From contig CALWVZ010000005.1 of the NCBI GenBank assembly GCA_944385125.1, positions 74-64,073 on the forward strand: a DNA stretch of 64,000 nt, written 5' to 3'. Source of the stretch: an uncultured Oscillospiraceae bacterium (GTDB lineage Bacteria > Bacillota > Clostridia > Oscillospirales > Oscillospiraceae). Shown piece by piece: positions 9,755 through 18,321 of this stretch (its first letter is position 1; the number at the start of each line of letters is the position of its first letter). The notes beneath the pieces are model-generated. The model had not been told where the DNA came from. It saw nothing but the letters and a program-made list of their open reading frames with translations, and did no database searches. Both the position numbers and the translations under genes were made by a program.

Positions 9755-10168
9755 ATGTACGGTTTTTTCCCGGAGATGGATATAAAGGACGTGAATAAGA
9801 TAAGCATCCTGGGCCTGGCCCATGTGGGGGACGGGGTGTACGAGCTTTTGGTGCGCAGTATGCTCTGTCAGAGCGGACACACCGCCCTGCTGGACCTGCA
9901 TAAAAGCAGCGTGAAGATGGTAAAGGCTGCCGCCCAGGCCTCCGCAGCTGAAAAGCTGTTGGGACTCCTGGAGGGGGATGAGCTGGCCATATACAAGCGG
10001 GGCCGGAACGCCCATGTGCATACTGTGCCGAAAAACGCAGACATTGCACAGTACCACGCCGCAACAGGGCTGGAAGCTCTCTTCGGCTGGCTCTATCTCC
10101 AGGGAAAACTGGAGAGGATAAACCGGCTTTTTGAAGTAATAATGGAGAATAGGGATCATGCCACTTGA
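9755..10168 (+). CDS. mrnC: Mini-ribonuclease 3
   Basis: LGLAHVGDGVYELLVR and YHAATGLEALFGWLYL motifs. ATG 9755 is preceded by AGGTGGAG. Confidence 0.85.
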   Translation: MYGFFPEMDIKDVNKISILGLAHVGDGVYELLVRSMLCQSGHTALLDLHKSSVKMVKAAAQASAAEKLLGLLEGDELAIYKRGRNAHVHTVPKNADIAQYHAATGLEALFGWLYLQGKLERINRLFEVIMENRDHAT

Positions 10169-11879
10169 CGCCATATATCTCTCGGCCCTCACCGGGGAGC
10201 TGCGGGAGAAAATAGAAGGGGGCAGAATAGATAAGGTGCAGCAGCCCGAGAGGGACATGCTGCTCATTTCCCTGCGCTCAAAGGGGGAAAACCTTAAGCT
10301 TCTGCTGTCCGCAGGTACCGGCCGGGCCAGAGTTCAGCTCACGGAGAGCGGCTATGAAAATCCGGCGGAGCCGCCTATGTTCTGTATGCTGCTTAGAAAG
10401 CACCTGGTGGGCGCAAGGATAGTATCTCTCCGCCAGCCGGACTGGGAGCGCATGCTGATAATCGAGCTGGAGGGCCACGATGAAATGGGCTTTGCCAGCC
10501 GTAAGCTCCTGATAGCGGAGCTTATAGGCCGCAGCTCCAATATCATCCTGGTGGACGGAGAGGGCAGGATAATCGACTGCATGCGCCGCATGGATTTTGC
10601 CGGGGATGCTCTGCGCCGGATGCTGCCGGGCATGATATACCGTCTGCCCCCGAAGCAGGATAAGCCTGCCCTAATGGAGACGGAATCTGAACAGCGCCGG
10701 GAGCTGATAGCCCGGGCGGAGCCGGGGGAGAGCCTGGACAAGTGGCTTCTGAGCAGCTTTTCCGGCCTTTCGCCTCTGGTGTGCCGGGAACTGGCTTACC
10801 GCTGCTCCGGCAGTTTTGAGACTCTGCCCCAGCTGCTGGGCGCCTTTGTGGACAGCGTAAGAGCCGGAGATATACGCCCTTATATTCTCTGGGAGGGGGA
10901 TAAGCCGGCGGACTTCAGCTTCATGAAGATCGGCCAGTACGGGGAGACTATGAGCTGCCGTGAGGAGGAGAGCTTCTCCCGGCTGCTGGACAGCTTCTAT
11001 TCACGACGGGACAGAATTGAGCAGCAGCGCCGCCGCAGTCATCAACTCTATAAGACCGTGCGCACCATGAGAGACAGAGTGCAGCGCAAGCTGGCAGGGC
11101 AGAGTGAGGAGCTGCGCCGCACGGAGAACAGGGACCAGGTGCGGAAGATGGCGGAGCTGGTCACTGCGAATATCTACCGGATAAAGAGAGGGGACCGGGT
11201 CCTGAAATGCCAGGACTACTATGACCCGGACTGCGGGGAGATAGAGATAGCCCTGGACCCCTTAAAGACTCCCCAGCAGAATGCCGCAGCCATGTTCAAG
11301 GAATACAACAAGCTCAAGGCTGCCAGAAGTCACCTTATCGGACTTATTGCCCAGGGGGAGACCCAGCTGGATTATCTCAACAGTGTGCTGGAGATGCTCA
11401 GCCTCTCCGAGAGCGAGAAGGACATCTCCGATATCCGCCGCGAGCTGGAGGAGACCGGCTATATCCGCCGCCAGTCCGGGAGCAGACAGAGCCGGGTAAA
11501 GGCCCAGGCGCCCCTGCGATTTGTCACTGACGACGGCTTTCAGGTGCTGGCAGGCCGCAGCAACATCCAGAACGACCAGCTGAGCACCAGGCTCTGCCGC
11601 CGTACAGACTACTGGTTCCACACTCAGAAGGTGCACGGCAGCCATGTGATACTCCAATGCAGCGACCGGGAGCCAACGGAACTGGCCATCTCCCAGGCCG
11701 CAGCCATAGCAGCATACTACTCTCAGGGCCGGGAGGGAGGAAAGATAGCGGTGGATTACACTATGCTCCGTTATGTGCGCAAGCCCTCCGGGGCTCTTCC
11801 CGGTAAGGTGATATACACCGACTACAAGACCATTATGACCCAGGCGGATGAGGAACTGGTGAAGCGCCTGGCCAAGTGA
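10158..11879 (+). CDS. rqcH: Ribosome quality-control protein RqcH (NFACT / FbpA family)
   Basis: NFACT-N (GRSSNIILVD), a central coiled coil, and NFACT-R with VHGSHVIL. 573 aa. Confidence 0.85.
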   Translation: MPLDAIYLSALTGELREKIEGGRIDKVQQPERDMLLISLRSKGENLKLLLSAGTGRARVQLTESGYENPAEPPMFCMLLRKHLVGARIVSLRQPDWERMLIIELEGHDEMGFASRKLLIAELIGRSSNIILVDGEGRIIDCMRRMDFAGDALRRMLPGMIYRLPPKQDKPALMETESEQRRELIARAEPGESLDKWLLSSFSGLSPLVCRELAYRCSGSFETLPQLLGAFVDSVRAGDIRPYILWEGDKPADFSFMKIGQYGETMSCREEESFSRLLDSFYSRRDRIEQQRRRSHQLYKTVRTMRDRVQRKLAGQSEELRRTENRDQVRKMAELVTANIYRIKRGDRVLKCQDYYDPDCGEIEIALDPLKTPQQNAAAMFKEYNKLKAARSHLIGLIAQGETQLDYLNSVLEMLSLSESEKDISDIRRELEETGYIRRQSGSRQSRVKAQAPLRFVTDDGFQVLAGRSNIQNDQLSTRLCRRTDYWFHTQKVHGSHVILQCSDREPTELAISQAAAIAAYYSQGREGGKIAVDYTMLRYVRKPSGALPGKVIYTDYKTIMTQADEELVKRLAK

Positions 11880-11932
11880 CTGCGGCTCCCGGGATAAACA
11901 TTCCCCGGGAAAGCAGAAGAAAAAACATGTTA

Positions 11933-11971
11933 AAAGCCAAGCCCAGACGTCATCTGTCCGGGCTTGGCTTT
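11933..11971. terminator. Bidirectional terminator between convergent rqcH and the minus-strand operon
   Basis: AAAGCCAAGCCC / GGGCTTGGCTTT stem. On the minus strand it is followed by TTTTAACATGTTTTTT. Confidence 0.65.
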
Positions 11972-11996
11972 CGTGTAAGTATAAAAGCAGTTTTGT

Positions 11997-12392
11997 TCAG
12001 GAGAAATATCTCCGCTTGCCATCGGCAGGGGGAACATAGCCGATAGCCACCTGAGGATTGATCTCCTTAATGAGCTCCAGCAGCCTGTCCACATCAGCCT
12101 CTTCGTTGAATATGAGGTTGGCAAACTCTTTGCCGCCATGGACCAGGATGAGCCGGTAGTAATAGTAGGCGGGACTGTCGTCTGGCTGGCACTCGCTGAT
12201 ACGGCAGAAAGCCCGCTCTATGTAGTCGTAGGGCACATAGTATTTCTTGCCCAGGTCCTTGTAGTACAGGCAAAGCTTTCCCAGCCTTACCCGGCCTATG
12301 GCCTGGGTGGACTCATAGTCCTCAATATGCTCAGGGTCGCTGATGTACTTTTTGTCTACGCCTTTGAATCTGGGCTTGCCGAATCCAAACAA
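11997..12392 (-). CDS. Hypothetical protein (131 aa), no family recognised
   Basis: Clean ORF with coding-like composition. Only a TTG start is available at 12392 and no internal ATG lies near the N-terminus. It overlaps the upstream PAP2 gene by 37 nt. Contains a YYYY run and a C-x4-C pair. Confidence 0.5.
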   Translation of the reverse strand: MFGFGKPRFKGVDKKYISDPEHIEDYESTQAIGRVRLGKLCLYYKDLGKKYYVPYDYIERAFCRISECQPDDSPAYYYYRLILVHGGKEFANLIFNEEADVDRLLELIKEINPQVAIGYVPPADGKRRYFS

Positions 12393-13021
12393 GGTCCCTC
12401 ACCCGCCTTTCTTTTAAAGATGCTGAAGGAATACCACTTTTCCGGGAGCTTAGGGGCCAGAAGGGCGCCAAGACATCCGGCAATGAAGCCGACGATTATT
12501 CCGCCCAATACATCGGAGGGGAAATGGACAACCAGATAGATCCTGGATATGCCCATGAGAATGGCAAAAATAAAGGCTGTCCAGCTGTAGCGTTTGTTGC
12601 CGGTAAAAAAGAGGGCCGTCATAGTGGAGAAGGCCGCAGTGGTATGGCCGGAGGGGAAGCTCTTGTCGCTCTCCATATGCTGGCCCATTATGAGCCACAG
12701 CTGATAAAAGATGCTGTTTTCATCAGCGTAGGGCCTGGGCCGGGCAATGGCCACCTTCAAAAACAGATTGGTGAACACTGCGCCGATGGCCACGCCGAAG
12801 AGCATGGCTGTACCGAAGCGGCGGGTGGGGCGAAAAAGCATCAGAGCCAGGGACAGCAGCACCAGGAAGATGCCGTCCTTCCCCAGAAGGGATATGAACT
12901 CAAAGAAAGGCGAGCAGAAGCCTCCGGCCACATCGTAAAGCCGGTGGACCAGAAGGGTTATGCTTTGGTCAAATGAGGCGAAAGTCGTGTTCAGCCACTG
13001 GGCTGCGGCTGTAAGTTCCAT
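12356..13021 (-). CDS. PAP2-family (type 2 phosphatidic acid / undecaprenyl-PP) phosphatase, membrane protein
   Basis: PAP2 motifs KSFPSGHT and SRIYLVVHFPSDV. ATG 13021 is preceded by GGGAGGA, so the track start at 13183 is judged too long. Confidence 0.85.
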   Translation of the reverse strand: MELTAAAQWLNTTFASFDQSITLLVHRLYDVAGGFCSPFFEFISLLGKDGIFLVLLSLALMLFRPTRRFGTAMLFGVAIGAVFTNLFLKVAIARPRPYADENSIFYQLWLIMGQHMESDKSFPSGHTTAAFSTMTALFFTGNKRYSWTAFIFAILMGISRIYLVVHFPSDVLGGIIVGFIAGCLGALLAPKLPEKWYSFSIFKRKAGEGPCLDSASPDSKA

Positions 13022-13050
13022 ATAATTATCCTCCCTAAATCTATGGCGGT

Positions 13051-13079
13051 ATTTTATCATAGACGGCAAATGCTGTCTA
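13051..13079 (-). promoter_or_regulatory. Sigma-A-type promoter for the PAP2 operon
   Basis: Minus strand reads TAGACA-17 nt-TAAAAT with TGA directly upstream (extended -10), about 30 nt before the PAP2 start. Confidence 0.45.
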
Positions 13080-13145
13080 CAGCTTTTGAATATTTGTCTC
13101 CCATCGGCGCAAAATAGTCTCAGAAAAAGACAGAGGAGGCAATAT

Positions 13146-14051
13146 ATGAAAAGAGCGTTTATTTCTGCATTTCTTGTCGCCATGGCGGTTTTGCTGTGCT
13201 CAGGCCTGGTCTACCCTGCGATGGCGGCAGGCAGCGCCCCGGTGGCAGAAAATCTGGAACTGCGTACTTTCAGGAATGTTTCCGTCAGTGGCCAGCTCAA
13301 GGCCTTTGACCCGGAAAACGACGTGGTAAAATTTGAAATATGTACTCAGCCAGTAAAGGGCCATATAGAGCTGGCCGCCGACGGCAGCTTTGTATATACC
13401 CCGAACCAGGACAAAAAGGGCAAGGACTATTTCGGCTACAGAGCTACCGACTCTGAGGGCAATGTCTCTCAGGAGGCCACCGTCATCATCCGCATTGACA
13501 AGCAGAAAAAAGACGTGAGCTATTCCGATATGAAAGGCAGCGCCGGAGAATATGCCGCTTTGCTCATGAGCGAAGAGAACGTGTTTACCGGGGAGCAGAT
13601 CGGCGGGGAATACTGCTTCTACCCTGATAAAGCAGTGAGCCGGGGAGAATTTCTCAGCATGTGTCTAATAGTTTCTGACAAGCCTATAATTTCAGGAGTA
13701 ATGAACACCGGCTACAGTGACGACGAGAATATCCCCGTCTGGATGAAGCCCTATGTGGCAACAACTGTTATGTGCGGCATGGACAGTATAGAAGGGGAGA
13801 CGGATTGTTTCCAGCCCGATGCCCCCATAACTAAGACCGATGCTGTGCTCATGCTGAATCAGGCTTTGGACCTGAACGATGTGAACTATATCCAGTTGGA
13901 TGAGACACTGGCCCCGGAGACGGCCCAGGCCTGCGCCAATCTAAGCGCATCCGGCATTATAGACGACACCCAGCTGGTGGAGGAGACGCTGAGCCGTATA
14001 GACGCAGCCGAGCTGCTGAGCAAGGCCCTGGAACTAATGAGCCGCCGCTGA
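13146..14051 (+). CDS. Secreted protein with an N-terminal cadherin-like/Ig-like domain and SLH (S-layer homology) repeats
   Basis: Signal peptide MKRAFISAFLVAMAVLLCSGLVYPAMA. The stretch PVAENLEL...GSFVYTPNQDKKGKDYFGYRATDSEGNVS is typical of cadherin-like/VCBS Ig modules. Then 2-3 SLH-like repeats (YSDMKG...AVSRGEFLSMCL; GYSDDENIPVWMKPYV...ITKTDAVLMLNQAL). ATG 13146 follows AGAGGAGG. Confidence 0.7.
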   Translation: MKRAFISAFLVAMAVLLCSGLVYPAMAAGSAPVAENLELRTFRNVSVSGQLKAFDPENDVVKFEICTQPVKGHIELAADGSFVYTPNQDKKGKDYFGYRATDSEGNVSQEATVIIRIDKQKKDVSYSDMKGSAGEYAALLMSEENVFTGEQIGGEYCFYPDKAVSRGEFLSMCLIVSDKPIISGVMNTGYSDDENIPVWMKPYVATTVMCGMDSIEGETDCFQPDAPITKTDAVLMLNQALDLNDVNYIQLDETLAPETAQACANLSASGIIDDTQLVEETLSRIDAAELLSKALELMSRR

Positions 14052-14061
14052 ATGAAAGCAT

Positions 14062-14097
14062 AAAACAAGGAGGGCAGAGCCCTCCTCGTTTTAGTTT
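14062..14097. terminator. Bidirectional terminator between convergent genes
   Basis: AAGGAGGGC-AGA-GCCCTCCT stem flanked by AAAAC on one side and CGTTTTAGTTTT on the other. Confidence 0.65.
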
Positions 14098-14103
14098 TAC
14101 CCT

Positions 14104-16251
14104 TTATTTGAGGCCGTCATAAAATCTGAATTTTAGCTTTTTATACCAAGGCAGGGAAGCGTAGGTTTTTTCACGGATAATTTCAAGCTGTTCAAGACCG
14201 GGCTCCAATTCCTCCCGACTGTCCAAGCCTCTGCCGTAAAAAGCCTTCTGGGCCGCTGCCTTTATCTCCTCCGGCATAGAAGCGCCATAACTGCAAATAC
14301 GCTTTGCGCAGCGCCAAACACTAATGGCGGCTTTATTTTTCCCGGAGGATAGACTGCGCCGCCAAAGACTGAGCTTGAGCCGATACCGTAAAAAGCCGGA
14401 GAGAAAAAGGAAAAAGACTGCTGCAATGACGATAAGCAGAGGACTGGGGGACCAGGAAATATTTTCGCTGCTACTATTCGAAGCTTTATCGGAATCTGAA
14501 GGTCCGGGTAAACCATCGTTTACCTGGGCGGAATCCTGGTTGCCAGGGCTTGGGAGAGCGGGCTGCTCTTCACTTTCTTCATCCAGGCCGCCAAGGGCCG
14601 GGCCTTCATAGGAGCCAGGAGTGACCTCCACCGGCAGCCAACCCAGACCGTCTATATAAACCTCAGTCCAGGCATGGGCGTTTTCGCCAAGCACCTCTGA
14701 GGAGACTCCGGCCTCGGCTTCAAAAGCGTAGCCGGCGACCATCCTTGCCGGCAGCCCAAGGGCACGGTACAGGGCTGTGGCTGCGGTAGCAAAGTGGACG
14801 CAATAGCCTTCGGTAGCCTGGGTGAGAAAGTACAGGGCATAGTCCTCCGAGGGGTAGGGCTGGGTGTTGATGTTATAGGGGCAGCGGCTGCGCACAAATT
14901 CAGCAACCAGGGAAATTGTCTCAAAAACATTGTCGCCGGAAAGCGAGTTTTGGGATGCAAGTTCCTGGAGGGCGCTTCTGCTGCTGTCGGGAAGAGACAG
15001 ATAATTTGCATACACGAACTGCCTGTATGAAAGCTCCATATCTCTCAGCTCGGTGGGAAGCGACAGAGAGGCGTAGTCGGAAGCATAGCTGAAAAATGTA
15101 AGGCTGTAACTGGATTCGCCGCCGCTGATGCCGGACTCAGAATCATAATCCTGCGTGCAGTAGTAGGGTACATACATTAGGGAAGAGTCGGCAAAGGCTA
15201 AGCTGATATCCATTTCTCCCTGAACCGAAGACTGGGAGGCGGCAATGGCCTGGGCGGAGAAAGCCGGAACATGCTCCCCGGGGTAATCCGGCGCCTGGCC
15301 CCAGCCGGCGCCGGTATAAGAGCCGTAGGATCTGCTGCGCAAGTAGAAGTGCCCGCTTTGACTGGAAGTGGCGTACAAAATGACCTGCTTTAAAGATGAC
15401 AGTTCGGGCGTGTTGGATATATCCAGAGTGCTGCCGCTCACATTTAATAGGTCATTTCCCAAGGCAAAGGAATCATCGCCTTCTGACGACTGAGGTAAAC
15501 GTACGTTCACTGAAGAACTGCCGGCGTCTTCACGAAGGGAGGCTGTAAACTCTTTGGTTATGCCCTGAGCCAGCTCCACCAGGCTCAGTTTCTGCTCCTC
15601 ATAATTGTAATTGCCGGGATTTTTAAAAAGAAGTATGGAGCTGAGAAGCAGAGCTACAGGTAAAAACAACAGCAGGAAACTCTTGCCGGTGTTGCCTTCA
15701 GGGGAGTTGATGCGCCCTGTAGACAACAGCAAAAAGACAAAAGCGCTGAGGCAAAGCATCACCCAGCCAGGCATTTGCCCGTATACCAAAAGGCAAAGAA
15801 AAACGATGGGCAGACTAATAAGCAGAGGCAGGAAGATGCGGTCCTCCCGGGAATTTAGGGTCAGACCCATAAGGGCGGAGAGCACAAAGCCTACAAAAAG
15901 CATGGCCTCGGTATGGCTGAGTTCGGTTCCGCTATACACATATCCTGAGGACACAAAGCGATTGTAATAGGCCACGGCCATCCTGTTTGCTATATCTTCA
16001 AACTGGGCCGATAATATTTCGCTGCGGCCATGATAGAAGAGTATGGCCAGAGCCAGGCAGACAAGTATGCCCGGCAGAGAAAACCGCCAAAAGCTGAACA
16101 TGAGCCAGCAGAAAAGCACAGCCACGATTAGGAAGACAGGCAGACGCTGGTCGGCGGAGAGGGAAAAGCTGTACATCACGAGATGCACCATAGGGATCAC
16201 TGCCATGAGCATAAGCAGCAAAGTGGACAGACGGTTGAGGAACTTATTCAA
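14104..16251 (-). CDS. Transglutaminase-like membrane protein (TGase core plus DUF4129-like C-terminus)
   Basis: TGase core EGYCVHFATAATALYRALGLPARMVAGY ... HAWTEVYIDGLGWLPVEVTP. Multiple N-terminal TM helices and a C-terminal TM helix plus tail. TTG 16251 (TTGA overlap with the DUF58 stop, GGAGGTG 8 nt upstream) is preferred; the ORF is open to 16317. Confidence 0.85.
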   Translation of the reverse strand: MNKFLNRLSTLLLMLMAVIPMVHLVMYSFSLSADQRLPVFLIVAVLFCWLMFSFWRFSLPGILVCLALAILFYHGRSEILSAQFEDIANRMAVAYYNRFVSSGYVYSGTELSHTEAMLFVGFVLSALMGLTLNSREDRIFLPLLISLPIVFLCLLVYGQMPGWVMLCLSAFVFLLLSTGRINSPEGNTGKSFLLLFLPVALLLSSILLFKNPGNYNYEEQKLSLVELAQGITKEFTASLREDAGSSSVNVRLPQSSEGDDSFALGNDLLNVSGSTLDISNTPELSSLKQVILYATSSQSGHFYLRSRSYGSYTGAGWGQAPDYPGEHVPAFSAQAIAASQSSVQGEMDISLAFADSSLMYVPYYCTQDYDSESGISGGESSYSLTFFSYASDYASLSLPTELRDMELSYRQFVYANYLSLPDSSRSALQELASQNSLSGDNVFETISLVAEFVRSRCPYNINTQPYPSEDYALYFLTQATEGYCVHFATAATALYRALGLPARMVAGYAFEAEAGVSSEVLGENAHAWTEVYIDGLGWLPVEVTPGSYEGPALGGLDEESEEQPALPSPGNQDSAQVNDGLPGPSDSDKASNSSSENISWSPSPLLIVIAAVFFLFLSGFLRYRLKLSLWRRSLSSGKNKAAISVWRCAKRICSYGASMPEEIKAAAQKAFYGRGLDSREELEPGLEQLEIIREKTYASLPWYKKLKFRFYDGLK

Positions 16252-17186
16252 TGCCAGCGCACCTCCCCGTTTTCCAGGTCGAAGACCCGGCCAAAGCTGC
16301 CGCTGAGAGCAGGGCACTTGGCCCGGGGCAGGGCCAGCAGCTGGAGCATGGCGCAGCGGCAGTCGGTCTCGTTGCTAACCAGTGCGGAGGCGCTGCCAAA
16401 ATATATGACATGCTGGATGTTCCAGCTGCAAAGGCGGAGGGACAGCCAGTACAGGTGGGACAGGTCCAGCTCCCCGGTAGTATGCAGCAGCACAGCTGTG
16501 CTGCTTTCTACAGGCTCCATGGGCTCCCGTACTATAAGCTCGTCGGTTTTTGAGCTCAGCTTCCAGTGGATGGAATTGATATTGTCGCCTGGGCGGTACT
16601 GTCTCAGCTCGTGTTCCTCTGAGTAGCCGCCCCCCGGCTTGGGACGGTAGTTCTGACTTACCGGGGGCAGGGACTCCAGGCTCGCCATATTCTCCGGGGC
16701 CTTGGGCCTGGGCATAACGGTACACTTGGCCTGCCACTGCCTTCTTGGACGCAGCTTCAATAGGCCAAGATAACTGCTGAGCTGCTGGTCCTCCAAAGAA
16801 CAAAGCAGTGTCCCGCTGGAGGAACTGGGCAGACTTATTATGCTTTCGCTGTCGTCCAGCAGGCCGTAGCGCATGGGATAGCTGCTGCTCTCCCCGGTGA
16901 ACAGGTTCACCACCCTGAGAGTGAAACTGCAATAGCGCACCGGCAGCAGCCGGCGGTTGGAAAATTTAATGTTGAGCTCGGCCTTTTCGCCGAGGCTAAC
17001 ACGTTCAGGCACCCGGCAGCTTATACGCAGGGAGAGCATAGAGGGCAGCGACAGCAGGGTGAGCGCCGGGGGGAGCGCTATGACCGCCCACAGCAGATAG
17101 CCGCCGAACCAGCCCACATAGGTGAGACTGAACAGATAAGCTAGGCCGCACAGAAACAGATACAGGAAAAAATTTATAGTCAGCAT
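16248..17186 (-). CDS. DUF58 domain protein (MoxR-associated, vWA-like)
   Basis: DUF58 signature LRQYRPGDNINSIHWKLSSK and two N-terminal TM helices. Starts 2 nt after the MoxR stop. Confidence 0.8.
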   Translation of the reverse strand: MLTINFFLYLFLCGLAYLFSLTYVGWFGGYLLWAVIALPPALTLLSLPSMLSLRISCRVPERVSLGEKAELNIKFSNRRLLPVRYCSFTLRVVNLFTGESSSYPMRYGLLDDSESIISLPSSSSGTLLCSLEDQQLSSYLGLLKLRPRRQWQAKCTVMPRPKAPENMASLESLPPVSQNYRPKPGGGYSEEHELRQYRPGDNINSIHWKLSSKTDELIVREPMEPVESSTAVLLHTTGELDLSHLYWLSLRLCSWNIQHVIYFGSASALVSNETDCRCAMLQLLALPRAKCPALSGSFGRVFDLENGEVRWH

Positions 17187-17188
17187 AT

Positions 17189-18133
17189 TTATCGGATTTC
17201 AGGGGCCCTCACCGAGGAGAAGAGCTCTTCCACCACGGTGCGCTGTTTTTTAAAGGACAGATTGTCGCTGGCCCAGATGAGGCGGTGCTGAATAGCGTCG
17301 GCAAAAACAAAGCGTATGTCCGACGGGACCACATAGTCTCGGCCTTGTATCCATGCCGCAGCCTTGGCAAGGGCCGTAAGGGAGAGGGCGGCTCTGGGGC
17401 TGGCCCCCTGGAGTATCCTGGAATCGCTGCGGGTGACTGTACATAGTTTTACGATGTAGTCGATGAGACTGTCCTTTATATATACATGCTCCGCCTCGGC
17501 GCAGATCCCAATGAGCTCCTGACGGCTGACCACCTGCTGGACCTGCTCCAGACTGATGCCCTGCTGTTTGCGGCGTATCATCTCAGCTTCGGCCTCCGGG
17601 TCCGGGTAGCCCATGCTGAGACGTATCATGAACCGATCCAGCTGGGAGTCCGGCAGCATCTGAGTGCCCTTGGCCCCAATAGGGTTCTGGGTCGCAATGA
17701 CCATGAAAGGCTGGGGCACGGGGTAGGTGACATTGTCCACCGTGACTTCGCCCTCCTCCATTGCCTGCAAAAGAGCGGCCTGGGTGCGGCTGGTGGCCCG
17801 GTTAAGCTCGTCGGCCAGAAACAGGTTGCAGAGTATTGCCCCTCGCTGGTACGTCATCTTGCCTGTGTTCTTATCATATATGGAGAAGCCGGTGATGTCC
17901 GAAGGCAGCACGTCCGGGGTGAACTGCACACGGTTGTAATCCAGTCCCAAGGCCCGGGAAAAGGCCAGAGCCATGGTGGTCTTGCCAACGCCGGGGATGT
18001 CTTCCATGAGGATGTGCCCCCGACCAAGTATGGCCAGGAGCATCTTGATTATGACTTCATCCTTACCGACAATGACCTTGCCTACCTCGTATACGATCTG
18101 CTTTGCGCTGCCTATGGAATTGATGGTCTTCAT
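17189..18133 (-). CDS. MoxR-family AAA+ ATPase
   Basis: Walker A GVGKTTMALAF, Walker B/sensor LFLADELNRATSRTQAALLQAMEE. ATG 18133 has GGAG 6 nt upstream and lies downstream of the predicted promoter. Confidence 0.9.
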   Translation of the reverse strand: MKTINSIGSAKQIVYEVGKVIVGKDEVIIKMLLAILGRGHILMEDIPGVGKTTMALAFSRALGLDYNRVQFTPDVLPSDITGFSIYDKNTGKMTYQRGAILCNLFLADELNRATSRTQAALLQAMEEGEVTVDNVTYPVPQPFMVIATQNPIGAKGTQMLPDSQLDRFMIRLSMGYPDPEAEAEMIRRKQQGISLEQVQQVVSRQELIGICAEAEHVYIKDSLIDYIVKLCTVTRSDSRILQGASPRAALSLTALAKAAAWIQGRDYVVPSDIRFVFADAIQHRLIWASDNLSFKKQRTVVEELFSSVRAPEIR

Positions 18134-18164
18134 AACACACTCCGTATCTTTATGATTATCCATG

Positions 18165-18193
18165 ATTATACCATGGCCTACAAGCTCCTTCAA
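18165..18193 (-). promoter_or_regulatory. Sigma-A-type promoter for the MoxR-DUF58-TGase operon
   Basis: Minus strand reads TTGAAG-17 nt-TATAAT with TGG upstream of the -10. This argues against the longer track start at 18193. Confidence 0.5.
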
Positions 18194-18235
18194 GCGGCGA
18201 ATTCCTTAATAAATATTTCAACCTCTGCTGATGTC

Positions 18236-18264
18236 TTGTGATAATAGGGCAGGCGTGTTATAAT
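18236..18264 (+). promoter_or_regulatory. Sigma-A-type promoter for uvrB
   Basis: TTGTGA-17 nt-TATAAT with a TGT extended -10 element, about 57 nt upstream of the uvrB ATG. Confidence 0.5.
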
Positions 18265-18321
18265 ATTAATTCAGCGGAGAAATTTCTAAGGATGCCTTAG
18301 GGCAGCTTAAGGGAGAACAAT

